Shown: positions 17,074-27,540, numbered from the stretch's first letter. The stretch: 64,000 bases of DNA from an uncultured bacterium (GCA_965368975.1 CBDUPA010000001.1:768001-832000); one strand, 5' to 3'. The notes: generated by a model from the letters alone, not told the origin. Translations and numbers: made by a program.

Positions 17074-18060
17074 ATGCGTCGATTTGTCCCCTCTCTCACC
17101 GTTCTCGTTCTCTCCGCTTGCACCACCGCTCTCTTTCCGGGGCTCACCACTGTTGCCGCTGGCGAACGGCAGAGCTGGCAGGGCGTGCTGGCACCTCCGC
17201 TCGCCGTCGATCCCGCATCGCCGGAAGCCGGCTTCGCCGACGAGGCGCCAACACTGCGACCGCGGATGCTGTCGCCGAGTCCAGAGGATCAGGTCATGGA
17301 ACTGGTCAACGAGGAACGCTGGAACAACGGCCAGCTGCCGCCACTGAAACGAAACTCGCTGCTCGACACCTCGTCCGAGTCACACAGCTTCAATATGGCC
17401 GATCGCGACTTCTTCGCTCATTGCGATCTCGACACCAGTACCTCGCCCTGGGCGCGCATGATCGCTGCTGGCTATGCCTACGCCTCTGCTGCCGAGAACA
17501 TCGCCGCGGGACACAGCAGTGCCGCCGCGGTGATGGTTGGCTGGATGAACTCCGCTGGCCACCGTGCCAACATTCTGAGTACCGGAGTCAACGAGTTGGG
17601 GATCGGCTTCTACCAGCAGAGCGGTGATCAGGGCAACATCCGGCGTGATCTCAATGGCGACTGCGTGGCGGATAGCTTCAACAACGGTCCCTACTCCAAC
17701 TACTGGACGCAAAACTTCGGTTCGCGTGCCGGCAACTACCCGGTGGTGATCGACCGAGAAGCCTTCGAGACCGAAACGCAGGCCGTCCAGCTCTACCTCT
17801 ACGGCAACGGCTTCGCCACCGAGATGCGCATCCGCAACGAGAATGGCAGCTTTGGGGCCTGGCAGCCGTTCAGCAGCGACGTCAACTGGAACCTCAGCCC
17901 CGGCAACGGCACCAAGACGGTCTACGTCGAGATCCGCAGTGCCGGCGGTACCGTGCGCTCGGCCAACGACAGCATCGAACTCAACATCGCCGCCAACCAC
18001 ATCTTCACCGATGGCTTCGAGAGCGGTAATCTGACTCTGTGGTCGGATCAGGTCCCCTGA
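17074..18060 (+). CDS. Secreted CAP/SCP-domain protein with Ig-like domain and C-terminal IFTDGFESG tail
   Basis: LVNEER, HSFNMA..FFAH, AENIAAG, WMNSAGHRANIL and YWTQNFG; AGGAGG RBS; signal peptide. Confidence 0.9.
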   Translation: MRRFVPSLTVLVLSACTTALFPGLTTVAAGERQSWQGVLAPPLAVDPASPEAGFADEAPTLRPRMLSPSPEDQVMELVNEERWNNGQLPPLKRNSLLDTSSESHSFNMADRDFFAHCDLDTSTSPWARMIAAGYAYASAAENIAAGHSSAAAVMVGWMNSAGHRANILSTGVNELGIGFYQQSGDQGNIRRDLNGDCVADSFNNGPYSNYWTQNFGSRAGNYPVVIDREAFETETQAVQLYLYGNGFATEMRIRNENGSFGAWQPFSSDVNWNLSPGNGTKTVYVEIRSAGGTVRSANDSIELNIAANHIFTDGFESGNLTLWSDQVP

Positions 18061-18145
18061 CAGCGTGCTTCGAGTTGCCCGTTACCCACCCGTCTTTGGG
18101 TGACTGGTTGAGAGGGACATCGAGAAACTCCTATTATTAGGAGCT

Positions 18146-20272
18146 ATGTTTACACATGCATCGGATCTGCCTGCAGGGTGGAGGCCCGTTACCCAGCTTT
18201 CCGAGGCGCTCGGTGTCCTCCTGCTCTTTCTCCTACCGGTCGATCTCTTCCTCGTAGCGGTTGATCTCGAAGCCCAGGGCTGTGGCGAGCGGACGAGCTA
18301 CCGCCAGGCGACGGAAACGCAAGTGCGTTTCGTCAACATCGCGGCGCAGGACAGCGCTGGCGTGAGCTACCGGCGCGGACCGTCGGAGCGCAACGAGATC
18401 TTCGACGCGCTCAAAGAGGAGCCGACCTACACCTTTCTGGATCTGGTCAACACGCCGATCAAGGCGCGGGGTGCACCGGGCGTGGCGATCTTCGATTACG
18501 ACGTTGACGGCGACCTGGATGTCTTTGTGACCAATGGGCCGGGGCGCTTCAACAGCCTCTACTCGAACCAGCTGGTCGAGACGGGCGACCTGGAGTTCGT
18601 CGACGTTGCGGGGACCGCACGCGTCGGCCTGCCGGAGATGGACGCAGGCGGTACCTGCTTTGGCGACATCGACAACGACGGCTTCCAGGACCTGGTGATT
18701 CTCGACAGTGTGGGCGAGAACCGGTTGCTGCGCAACGTTGGTAACGGCACCTTCGACGACATCAGCGCGCACAGCGGCATCGCGCTGCCGGCGCGCGCAT
18801 CGTCGTCGTGCAGCTTTGGTGACATCGATGCCGACGGCTATCTCGATCTGCTGATCGGGAACGTCTTCATCATGGCCAGTCAGCGGGCCATCTTCCAGGA
18901 GCCGTTCGCACTCAACCAGCACAACCGCCTGCTGCGCAACCTCGGCGATGGCACCTTCGAGGACGTCAGCGCTGCCAGTGGTATCGAGAAGCCATGGCTA
19001 CCCGTGGCCGCACCCGACGATTCGGCCACGATCACTTGGGCCCTGGCGCTGGTCGACATCGATCTCGACGGCGATGTCGACGTGGTGCAGGCGGACGACC
19101 AAGGGGGAATCTTGGGGAACCTCCAAGGTGGTGTCGACCGCGGCATGATCCAGATCCTCGACAACGACGGCAGTGGCACGTTCACCGCCTCGACGCTCGA
19201 GCGCGGCCTACGCCGGACCGGTTTCTGGATGGGCCTATCGTTCGGCGACTATGACCACAGTGGCACGCTCGACCTTTTCGGCTCCAACTTCGGCGACAAC
19301 GACGATTCGCGCTGGTTCTTCCAGAATGTGGACGGTACCTTCGAAGACATCATCTTCACCGTCGGCTTGGTGCGCACGCCGTTCGGCTGGGGAACCTCGT
19401 CGGTGGATTACGACAACGACGGCGACACCGACATTCTTTTCCACGGCGGCATGGACGCCGGTCTACACGTGCTGACCAATCCGGGAGGCGTCTTGCGCAA
19501 CGACGGCAAGGGCGGCTTCTCGCGCGACACCGAGGCGTTGTTTGGATCCACCGAGCACGTCCGCCGTACCGTTCACGGCATGGCGGCGGGCGATCTCGAC
19601 CGCAATGGCTTCATCGACATCGTGTCCGTCTCCAACTTCGACATGTTCCCGTTCGGCGACTATCCGCTGACGCTGCAGTCTGCCACCGGCGGGGAGTGGG
19701 ATGACGACAACTTCATCCTCGAGACCTTCGTGCAGGTGCAGCAGAGCCCGCCGGCGTACGCATGGCAGGGTTTCGGGCTCGAAGACGGCACCCTGTCCGT
19801 CGAGACCAACAGCGGCAATGACCTCGGCTGGCTCCAGGTGCAGGTGCTCGGTGGCATGGGACGGACCGTGTCCGGCCGGGTCAACCGTGACGGCATCGGC
19901 GCGGTAGTCCGCGTGGCTCCGAAGGTGGGCGAGACCCTGGCCCACCCGGTGTTGCTGCCGGTGCTCGGTGGTGCCAGCCACGCCTCGCAGGACAGCCTGA
20001 TCGTGCAGGCGGGGCTGGGAGTGCGCAGCCGTGCCGACGTCGAGGTGCTGTGGCCGGGCGGTGTGCGCAACAAGCTGTACGATGCCGCCGGCTGTCAGGT
20101 GCTACGCTTCCCGGAGATCCCGTGCAGCTTCGACACGAGCGACAGCCGCGGCGCTTATCAGAGCTGCGTCCAGGACGCGCTGGCGGCGTGGCAGAGCCTG
20201 GGGGAGCTCGAGGCACCGGCCGTGCCGCTCTTTCTCGAGAGTGCCCTACGCGCCTACGACGAGGCGCGCTGA
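18146..20272 (+). CDS. CRTAC1/ASPIC-UnbV family FG-GAP repeat protein
   Basis: Repeated DYDxDGDxD / GDIDNDG motifs; C-terminal NRDGIGAVVRV..GG.S.ASQ..GLG..VLWPGG. Confidence 0.88.
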   Translation: MFTHASDLPAGWRPVTQLSEALGVLLLFLLPVDLFLVAVDLEAQGCGERTSYRQATETQVRFVNIAAQDSAGVSYRRGPSERNEIFDALKEEPTYTFLDLVNTPIKARGAPGVAIFDYDVDGDLDVFVTNGPGRFNSLYSNQLVETGDLEFVDVAGTARVGLPEMDAGGTCFGDIDNDGFQDLVILDSVGENRLLRNVGNGTFDDISAHSGIALPARASSSCSFGDIDADGYLDLLIGNVFIMASQRAIFQEPFALNQHNRLLRNLGDGTFEDVSAASGIEKPWLPVAAPDDSATITWALALVDIDLDGDVDVVQADDQGGILGNLQGGVDRGMIQILDNDGSGTFTASTLERGLRRTGFWMGLSFGDYDHSGTLDLFGSNFGDNDDSRWFFQNVDGTFEDIIFTVGLVRTPFGWGTSSVDYDNDGDTDILFHGGMDAGLHVLTNPGGVLRNDGKGGFSRDTEALFGSTEHVRRTVHGMAAGDLDRNGFIDIVSVSNFDMFPFGDYPLTLQSATGGEWDDDNFILETFVQVQQSPPAYAWQGFGLEDGTLSVETNSGNDLGWLQVQVLGGMGRTVSGRVNRDGIGAVVRVAPKVGETLAHPVLLPVLGGASHASQDSLIVQAGLGVRSRADVEVLWPGGVRNKLYDAAGCQVLRFPEIPCSFDTSDSRGAYQSCVQDALAAWQSLGELEAPAVPLFLESALRAYDEAR

Positions 20273-20299
20273 GATGTGTCCATAGAGTCTACTCGAGGC

Positions 20300-22063
20300 C
20301 TACGGCACTTCCGGCTCTTGCAGCTCTCCATAGATCTTCCCGGGTTGCTTCACCTGCAGCTGATCCGGCGAGACGAGCCCCGGGTGCTGGAGTACATAGT
20401 GCTGCAGTGTTGGCGCAGCCCGCTGCAGGACCTCGGGAGCGAGATTCTGCGGTAGGCCCTGGTCGAAGTAGGGGCGCAAGACCTGTTCTGCTGCCTTGGT
20501 GTCGCCGCTCAGGGTGTACTGGTGTGCGCTCTCCAAGCGCACTGTCGCGGCTTGCAGAGGTTGTTGCAACCTCTGGTACCCCTCGGCCAGCAGGTTGGTG
20601 AGGTCTGGAGAGAAGCGATAGGCGAGGGTCGGTCGCCGCGGTGCAGCCTCCGGCGTCGCTTCGTCCGGGCTTTCCTGCAGCCGGCTGGCGGTACGGCGTG
20701 CGGCTTCCAGCTGGAAGATGGCCGAGCTCACGGTGTTGCCGTCGCCCCATTCGCCGAGACGTGCATAGACCAGACCCAGAGTCCGGTGATACTGGAAGAT
20801 CTCATCCAGTTCACCGCCGCGGTAGGCGTTCAGCTTCTGCTCGTAGAGTTGGCGCTCGTGACGCCGCGTCAGATCGGCGAGCTGATCCAGGTCGCCGCGG
20901 CCAGCATAGAGTACCGCCAGCTCGTGGAAGGCTGCTGGCTCGACGCCGCGCGGGTCGATCTCAGAGGCGAGCAGGTAGCAGCGTTCGGCGACTGTCTTCT
21001 GATCGTGCTGCTGGTACCAGCGTGCCATGCCGCTCATCAGCTGCTGGAAGGCCGCCCGCGGCCATAGTCCTCGTGGCGCTTCCAGGTCGACCGCACCGCG
21101 CTCGCTCCACCAGCCGTAGTGCGCTTTCCAGTCGCGCTGTACCAGCAGCTGGAATAACTCCAGCACGCCTTCGCCGATCTCGGGGTCCTCGGCCAGCGGC
21201 TTCAGGCGCCGGTAGGTTGGAGAGTCCACGAAGTCGGCAGGATCGAAGAAGCGCTTGCCCAGGGACGCGGCGACCAGCGCCAGCAGCTCTTCCCGGTGCG
21301 CGCGCAGCGGGCCGCCCTCGGTCGCGGACTCGAGTGCAGTCAAGGCGCCGTTTCCGGCACGCCGCGGCTGTTCGTTCGCATAGAGCTGCCAAAGGTAGGA
21401 GAGTAGCGGTTCGGGTCGTCCTCGGAGACGGTATTCCAGCACCGTCTCGTGTGCCTGGACGTCCTGCGCGTTGGCCACTGCCACGGCCTGGTAGGCGTCG
21501 ATAGCACGGTCCGGCGAACTGCGGCTGGACAAGTCGGCATAGGTGCGAGCGTAGGTGGCGGTACGAGCATCGCCGCTCTCCGCAGCCAGCTCGCGGGCCT
21601 GGGCGGCGTATCTCAGGGCCTGGTCGTGTTGGTCCAGGGCGCTGTAGAGCCGCGCCAGGTTGTTGTACGTGGCGGCGGAGTCCGGGGTGGCGCGCAAGAA
21701 CTCCGTGTACAGGAGGATCGCTCTCTCGCGCAGGGTCCGTGCCCGCTGGACGTCGTCGCTGGCCTCGGCCTGCCGCTGGTAGGCGAGTGCACGGTAGAAC
21801 GGCATGCGCTGCGCGGTCGTGCTATCGCCGCTCTCGCGTGCGTGTTCTTCGGCGGCGCTGAAGAGGCGTGCCGCCCGTTCATAGTCCGCGGCCGCCATGG
21901 CGCTGCGGGCCTGCTGCACCAAGCTCGTTGGATGCATCCCCGCGGTGGGAGTTTCCGAGGTGCGAGTGCCGCCCGCGGGCTGGGCCCACAGCGTCGCGCC
22001 GCCGCAGGTGGCCAGGACCAGGGCTGCCAAGGCTGGGGCCCGCCATCGTATGTTGAACATCAT
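20300..22063 (-). CDS. Secreted TPR-like alpha-helical protein of unknown function
   Basis: Signal peptide; TPR-like YNNLARLY; ATGA overlap with the upstream gene. Confidence 0.8.
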   Translation of the reverse strand: MMFNIRWRAPALAALVLATCGGATLWAQPAGGTRTSETPTAGMHPTSLVQQARSAMAAADYERAARLFSAAEEHARESGDSTTAQRMPFYRALAYQRQAEASDDVQRARTLRERAILLYTEFLRATPDSAATYNNLARLYSALDQHDQALRYAAQARELAAESGDARTATYARTYADLSSRSSPDRAIDAYQAVAVANAQDVQAHETVLEYRLRGRPEPLLSYLWQLYANEQPRRAGNGALTALESATEGGPLRAHREELLALVAASLGKRFFDPADFVDSPTYRRLKPLAEDPEIGEGVLELFQLLVQRDWKAHYGWWSERGAVDLEAPRGLWPRAAFQQLMSGMARWYQQHDQKTVAERCYLLASEIDPRGVEPAAFHELAVLYAGRGDLDQLADLTRRHERQLYEQKLNAYRGGELDEIFQYHRTLGLVYARLGEWGDGNTVSSAIFQLEAARRTASRLQESPDEATPEAAPRRPTLAYRFSPDLTNLLAEGYQRLQQPLQAATVRLESAHQYTLSGDTKAAEQVLRPYFDQGLPQNLAPEVLQRAAPTLQHYVLQHPGLVSPDQLQVKQPGKIYGELQEPEVP

Positions 22064-23058
22064 GGGTCCTCCGCCAGTTCGGCGGTTTCCAGCACGTAGC
22101 GGGCCATGTAGACACGCACGTTGCGCAGACTCTCGGAGTTGAGCAGCGCTGGGATCCGTTCATCCCAGTTGCTGCCGCCCGAAGCAGTCCCGGTGGCACT
22201 GCCGGTCTGGGGCACCAGGATCGGCGGGAAGCGAAACAGCTCGATCACACATTGCGCGAGCCGCCCACCCTCGGCGCGGCCGACCGGTTCCAACTCGATG
22301 CGACCGTCCTGCAACTCGGCATCTTGGTTGCGCGCCGAGAAGGTGACGCCGAGCTTGGAGCCGGGAGCGGCGGCGAGTTCGTGGAACGCCAGGGGGATCA
22401 CGATCGCTTGCAGGTCCGCCTGGGCCTGCAGGGAACGGGTGAGTGTCACGCGGCGCAGGAATTGCGCTTCCAGCTTGGCCAGGAAGTCGTCGCCCGCGAA
22501 GTGCGCGCGCAGGTGCTCGCGGATGCGGCTCTCGAGTGCTCCGCGCAGCGCGTCCTGCTCCGGGCGAATCTCGAACCACGAGACAAGGGTCTCCGCCGGC
22601 AGTGCCAGCTGTAGTTCGCCGTCCTCGGGGCTGCGCCCACGGTAGACCAGGTTCAGGTCCTCGCCGAACTGCTGCGTCTCGGCCACCAGGTGTAAGCGTA
22701 GCTCGTTGGCTTTGTCTTGCAGCAGGGGGGTATCCGAGGCATCCGGTAGCTGGTGCAAGGCGCGCCAGTCGACAAAGCGGAAGTGACGCTCGCCCAGCGT
22801 CGCCAGTTCGTCGGCGGCCGCTTGTTGCAGGGCCTGTCGCTGCTCACCTTGCAGCGCCAGGCCAGGAGCTTCCAAGACCAGCGAGGTGACCACGACGGGG
22901 CGCTGGGCCTGGGTCGGTGTCGCTGTGGTCCACGGGCTCGACAGCACCAGGAGGGGCCACACGAGCCCTTGCAGCCACAGTCGGCGCCGCGGTTTCGGGA
23001 TCGCCCAGCGGCGTCCTCGTGGACTTCGGTGCCCGACGTGCACGGAGCGCTCGCTCAT
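22060..23058 (-). CDS. Secreted hypothetical protein
   Basis: Basic plus hydrophobic N-terminal signal; ATGA overlaps on both sides. Confidence 0.75.
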   Translation of the reverse strand: MSERSVHVGHRSPRGRRWAIPKPRRRLWLQGLVWPLLVLSSPWTTATPTQAQRPVVVTSLVLEAPGLALQGEQRQALQQAAADELATLGERHFRFVDWRALHQLPDASDTPLLQDKANELRLHLVAETQQFGEDLNLVYRGRSPEDGELQLALPAETLVSWFEIRPEQDALRGALESRIREHLRAHFAGDDFLAKLEAQFLRRVTLTRSLQAQADLQAIVIPLAFHELAAAPGSKLGVTFSARNQDAELQDGRIELEPVGRAEGGRLAQCVIELFRFPPILVPQTGSATGTASGGSNWDERIPALLNSESLRNVRVYMARYVLETAELAEDP

Positions 23059-24092
23059 CGTCCCACCTCCAGGATCCAGGTCTTGATCTTGCCGCCGGGC
23101 AGCGTGTCGAGGGTCGTCTGCCAGCTGGCTTGTAGCCGCGGTGTGCCGTTCTCACCTGGGCAGTGAATTTCCAGCGTCAGCGGCTCCTGCAGCGGGGCCC
23201 GTGGGCTAGGATGCCGGGTCGGTGTACTTTGCCACTTGATCAGCCATGGAGCCTGTGCCGGCTGTGGCATCTCCAGCACCAGGGTCAGGTGCTCTTGTAG
23301 ATGGGGTTCGAGCTCAGCCGCATCGTTCTGACGGGCGAGCAGGTCGAGATCCTCGGCGGGCGCGCCGGTGAGCAGGGGACGTTCGCGCACATCGTCGAGG
23401 TGCAGCAATTCGTTACCGCCTTCGACACCCAGGCGCAAGGTGCAGGGCGCCGTCACCTCGCTGCCCGGATCCGGCAGGCCCTGGAGGGATAGCCCGGGGA
23501 TCAGCCGGAGGGCACGCAAACGCCGACGCTCGAAGTCTCCAGGCACCTTCAGGCGCAGGAAGGTCCAGGGCCACAGCGTGCGCGTTTCGGGTTCGAAGCC
23601 GGGGGGCTCGGTGATGCGGACTTCAAGTGTCCTCGGGCCCAGGGCCAGGAAGAACGGGCGTCCTTGGACGCGATCCGTCGACTTGACCGGCAAGGCCTCC
23701 AGCCATGGGTTGCCGTCCTTCCATACCTCGACCTCGAAGCTCGCCTCACCGGCCTTGGCGCCGGCGTATTCGAAGTACAGCGACGAGGTGAGGCCGTAGA
23801 ACAGCGCCAGCACCACGAGCGCGAAAACCAGCGGCTCGGTGGCGCTGGCGCGGCCGAGAAGTTTCTGGGTCCAGCTCGACAGTTCCTTGCCGGCCTTGCC
23901 CAGGAACGCTGCCTGGAATAGCTTCCACAGACCCCAGAGGGTCAGCGTGCCACCCAACAGCGAGGTGGTGGTGACCAGCGGTTCCAGGTGCAGGCGGAAC
24001 CACACCGTCACGCCGACCACCAGCACCACGAAGAGCAGTAGATTGAGCCGGTAGCGGCTCGATGCCAGGGTGCTGGTGTCGGCGTCGGGCAT
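23055..24092 (-). CDS. Membrane protein with about 3 N-terminal TM helices and a soluble beta-rich domain
   Basis: Hydrophobic segments in the first ~110 aa; ATGA overlap with the downstream gene. Confidence 0.78.
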   Translation of the reverse strand: MPDADTSTLASSRYRLNLLLFVVLVVGVTVWFRLHLEPLVTTTSLLGGTLTLWGLWKLFQAAFLGKAGKELSSWTQKLLGRASATEPLVFALVVLALFYGLTSSLYFEYAGAKAGEASFEVEVWKDGNPWLEALPVKSTDRVQGRPFFLALGPRTLEVRITEPPGFEPETRTLWPWTFLRLKVPGDFERRRLRALRLIPGLSLQGLPDPGSEVTAPCTLRLGVEGGNELLHLDDVRERPLLTGAPAEDLDLLARQNDAAELEPHLQEHLTLVLEMPQPAQAPWLIKWQSTPTRHPSPRAPLQEPLTLEIHCPGENGTPRLQASWQTTLDTLPGGKIKTWILEVGR

Positions 24093-24111
24093 GGTGGTCT
24101 CGCTTGCGGGC

Positions 24112-24906
24112 CTACTCCGGCTCGGAGGGTTGTACCGGGATCTGGACGCTCACGTGGTCGACGCACACGCCCATCGGAATGCAGCCGCTGTTGAGTTGCT
24201 TCGCCTCCACGAACACGGTGTAGGTCCCCGGGGTGTCGTAGATGTGCTGGACTTCCTGACCCCGCACCGGAGTTTCGCCGGGGACGAAGGTCCAGTCGGT
24301 CACGGTACGAGAGACGTCACCGGGAAAGCTGGCGCGGCAGGTGAAGACCTCGCCAGCGGTGGCGGGGTCGCACTCGGCCGTGAGGTCGAACTTGGCCTCC
24401 TGCACGAATTTGACGCGGATGGTGGCGCGCGCGGCGGCCTGGCACAGCTCTCCGTCCGGCCCCTGCACCAGGACGCGCAGGCGCACCATGTGGCCGCCGG
24501 AGCGGTCATAGGCGTACTCGACCTCCAGCTTTTCGGCTGTCACCACGACGCCGCCGCCATGGTCGGTCAAGCGCCAGCGGGTCACGCCGCCGAAGGCGCC
24601 CGGACCGGCGAGCACGGCGCGGAGCTTGAGTCGCTCGCCGATGTTGGCGAAGTCGGGAGCCACGAGGCTCACCTCGGTGTCACTGCATTGCGGCAAGGCT
24701 CGCCAATCGACGCGAATCTCCTCGGTTTGCAGCTCTTCAGGTTGCGGTTCCTCAGCCTGTAGTTCCTCGGATTGTGCCGGGGCAGTCGCAGGTGTCTCGT
24801 CTTGGGTGGCCGCCTGGCTCGCCCGAGCAGGCAGACCCAGGCCTGGTACGGCGAGCAGGAGCAGCACGAGCGCGGGCCACGGGTTCTGTCGTATCGAGGG
24901 GCTCAT
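24112..24906 (-). CDS. Secreted PKD-domain protein
   Basis: Signal peptide; WTF..G..V.HIYDTPGTYTV PKD motif, with a second degenerate copy (YAYDRSG). Alternative GTG start at 24951. Confidence 0.78.
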   Translation of the reverse strand: MSPSIRQNPWPALVLLLLAVPGLGLPARASQAATQDETPATAPAQSEELQAEEPQPEELQTEEIRVDWRALPQCSDTEVSLVAPDFANIGERLKLRAVLAGPGAFGGVTRWRLTDHGGGVVVTAEKLEVEYAYDRSGGHMVRLRVLVQGPDGELCQAAARATIRVKFVQEAKFDLTAECDPATAGEVFTCRASFPGDVSRTVTDWTFVPGETPVRGQEVQHIYDTPGTYTVFVEAKQLNSGCIPMGVCVDHVSVQIPVQPSEPE

Positions 24907-24919
24907 CTTGGTCTTTGGC

Positions 24920-25618
24920 TCAGGAAGCGGGTTGCGGGTTTGGGGCTTCACTCAGGCGAGCCTGGCACGTGGTGTCCGTCTGGCTGTCGTTGTCTGCCTG
25001 GCTGTCGGCGGTCGCGCTTTCCTGGGCGCTGAGCCGCTGGTGCAGGCAGGCGTAGGATTCCGCGTCGGGGTCGTCCGCGCTCGCCAGTTGCTGCGCATAG
25101 CCCGCCATCTGCAGGGCCGTCGCGCTATTGCCGCGGGCTTGGTGCAGGTGCGCCAGGTTGTTGTAGACGGCGGCGGAGTTCGGAAAGGTGCGCAGCACGC
25201 CGGCATAGATCATCATCGCCCGCTCGCGCAGGTTGCGCGCCTGCTCTTCCGACGTGGCCGTGTCGGCCTGGCGCTGATGCGCCAGCGCGATGTAGAACGG
25301 GATGACTTTGCCGGCCTCGACATCCTCGGCCTCCTGGGCGTAGATCTGGGCGATTGAGAACAGGCGCGCGGCTTCAGCGAAGTCGCCGCCGGTCATCGCC
25401 GTGCGGGCCTGTTCGAGCCACTCTTCTACGGTCGGCCCGTCCTTTTTCTGGCGCGCCGGGTCGGTGGCGATCGAAGGTGCCTGTGCCAGGGCCGGTCCGA
25501 CGGTGCACAGCAGTAGCATGGCTGCCAGCAGGCCGATCGAGGCGGGGAGCAGGCGAGAGTGGAGAGCGGAATTCTGGTTGCGGGTCGTCATTGCGGGGAT
25601 CGTTTCTTGGGTCGTCAT
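24920..25618 (-). CDS. Secreted TPR-like protein, paralog of the N-terminal domain of 20300-22063
   Basis: Aligns by eye: AARLFS, PFY.ALA.QRQA, RERA...Y, P.SAA.YNNLA. Confidence 0.8.
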   Translation of the reverse strand: MTTQETIPAMTTRNQNSALHSRLLPASIGLLAAMLLLCTVGPALAQAPSIATDPARQKKDGPTVEEWLEQARTAMTGGDFAEAARLFSIAQIYAQEAEDVEAGKVIPFYIALAHQRQADTATSEEQARNLRERAMMIYAGVLRTFPNSAAVYNNLAHLHQARGNSATALQMAGYAQQLASADDPDAESYACLHQRLSAQESATADSQADNDSQTDTTCQARLSEAPNPQPAS

Positions 25619-25754
25619 CGTACTCTTCGAGGATGGGTGGATGGAGGTGGGTGAGCTGTGCCGGTGATCGGTCCGGCTCGCGGTGTGAGATCATTGTACC
25701 AGTCGGCGCCTGTCCTTGAAGTCATCGCCCGCAGCGCCGCCAGGAGGTAGTGAC

Positions 25755-27461
25755 GTGTCCGCATCCGAGAGCAGCAAGACCGACGACCTGGAGCTTCTGC
25801 TAGAGGTCATGCCACCGCCGGTGCGCGCGGCCTTGCGCTCGGATCCGCGACGCAGCCAGCTGATCGAAGTGATCCTCGACCTGGGGCGCGTGCCGGAAGC
25901 GCGCTTCCCGGGCGAAGGCGCGGATCTGGGCACGGTGCCGGTGAGCCGCGAGCAGCTGGCGGCGGTGGTCGAGCGCGTGGGCACCTTCGGGCCGGACAAC
26001 CGTGCTGGTATCGAGCGTACGCTGCACCGTATCTCGGCCTTGCGCAACCGCCTGGGGGATGTTGTCGGCCTGACCTGCCGTGTTGGCCGCGCGGTCGAGG
26101 GCACGGTCGACATCATCCGCGATGTCATCGACGCTGGCGACTCGATCTTGCTGCTCGGACGGCCCGGCGTTGGCAAGACGACGCTGCTGCGCGAGGCAGC
26201 CCGTGTGCTGGCGGGGCCGCTGAAGAAGCGTGTGGTGGTGGTCGACACCTCGAACGAGATCGCCGGTGACGGCGACGTACCGCACGACGGCATCGGCCGC
26301 GCCCGCCGCATGCAGGTGGCGACGCCGGAACGCCAGCATGCGGTGATGATCGAGGCGGTGGAGAATCACATGCCCGAGGTCATCGTCATCGACGAGATCG
26401 GCACCGAGGCCGAGGCGCTGGCGGCACGGACGATCGCCGAGCGCGGCGTTCAGCTGATCGGCACCGCGCACGGTAACTCGCTCGACAACCTGCTGCAGAA
26501 CCCGACCCTGTCCGACTTGATCGGGGGTATCCAGGCGGTGACCTTGTCGGATGAAGAAGCGCGCCGCCGTGGCACCCGCAAGACGGTGCTGGAGCGCAAG
26601 TCGCCGCCCACCTTCAACGTCGTGGTCGAGATCCAGGCACAGGATCGCCTGGCGGTGCATCACTACATCGCGGACGTCGTCGACATGTTCCTGCGCGGCG
26701 TGCCACCGGGCCCCGAGCTGCGATGCCGGACCGCCGAGGGCGAAGTCGAGATCGAGTCCGCGTCGTCGGTGACGCGCCCATCCGGCAACGGCCGTGTCTC
26801 GATCCTGCCCGCCGACGACCGGCCCCTGCGGGGTCACGGCAGCTTGTCGCCCTGGCATGCGACGGATACGGGCTCAGCCGGGCCGCCTGTGGGTAACGAC
26901 TCCGGGCAGCGCACCGGTTTGGCCTCCAGGGTACCGTCCCAGCTCGCGGGTCGGGGGCAAGAGGCAGATCGTGCAGAGACCACGCCGGTCGGTCGCCGCC
27001 GTCGCCGTACCCTGCGTCTCTTCCCCTATGCGCTCTCGCGCAACAAGCTCGAACGCGCTATCCGCGACCTCGGTGTTCCGGTACGACTGGTCCATCAGAT
27101 CAGCGAGGCCGACCTGATGCTCACCCTCAAGTCACAGGAGCGCCGTCAGCCCAAACGCCTGCGCGACGCCGAGCTGCGCGGTACGCGGCTGGAGGTGGTC
27201 AAGAGCAACACCGTCAAGCAGTTGGAGAACTTCCTGCGTGCCGAGTTCCAGCTCGGGGCCGAGGGCGAGGCACACGGCGAGGCCCTGGCGGAGGTGGAGA
27301 CGGCGGTTGACGCGGCACTCGATAAAGGCCGTCCCGTCGAGTTGCTGCCGCAGGACTGTGTGCTGCGCCGCCTGCAGCACGAGATGGTCACCAGGTGCGG
27401 CCTGGCGTCTCAGAGCCGGGGCGAAGAACCGTACCGGCGAGTCGTTGTGTATCCGAGTTGA
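25755..27461 (+). CDS. Ycf45/SpoIIIAA-like AAA+ ATPase with C-terminal R3H domain
   Basis: GRPGVGKTT, VDTSNEI, AVENHMPEVIVIDEIG and GTAHG; C-terminal RRLQH..S.GEEPYRRV. GTG start after AGGAGG. Confidence 0.9.
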   Translation: MSASESSKTDDLELLLEVMPPPVRAALRSDPRRSQLIEVILDLGRVPEARFPGEGADLGTVPVSREQLAAVVERVGTFGPDNRAGIERTLHRISALRNRLGDVVGLTCRVGRAVEGTVDIIRDVIDAGDSILLLGRPGVGKTTLLREAARVLAGPLKKRVVVVDTSNEIAGDGDVPHDGIGRARRMQVATPERQHAVMIEAVENHMPEVIVIDEIGTEAEALAARTIAERGVQLIGTAHGNSLDNLLQNPTLSDLIGGIQAVTLSDEEARRRGTRKTVLERKSPPTFNVVVEIQAQDRLAVHHYIADVVDMFLRGVPPGPELRCRTAEGEVEIESASSVTRPSGNGRVSILPADDRPLRGHGSLSPWHATDTGSAGPPVGNDSGQRTGLASRVPSQLAGRGQEADRAETTPVGRRRRRTLRLFPYALSRNKLERAIRDLGVPVRLVHQISEADLMLTLKSQERRQPKRLRDAELRGTRLEVVKSNTVKQLENFLRAEFQLGAEGEAHGEALAEVETAVDAALDKGRPVELLPQDCVLRRLQHEMVTRCGLASQSRGEEPYRRVVVYPS

Positions 27462-27540
27462 GCTGGTTGTTGCGACCCAGGATCCGCTCTGCCATACTCC
27501 TTGGCCTATGAAGACGACTTCGGATCTTGCCGCCAGCTGA

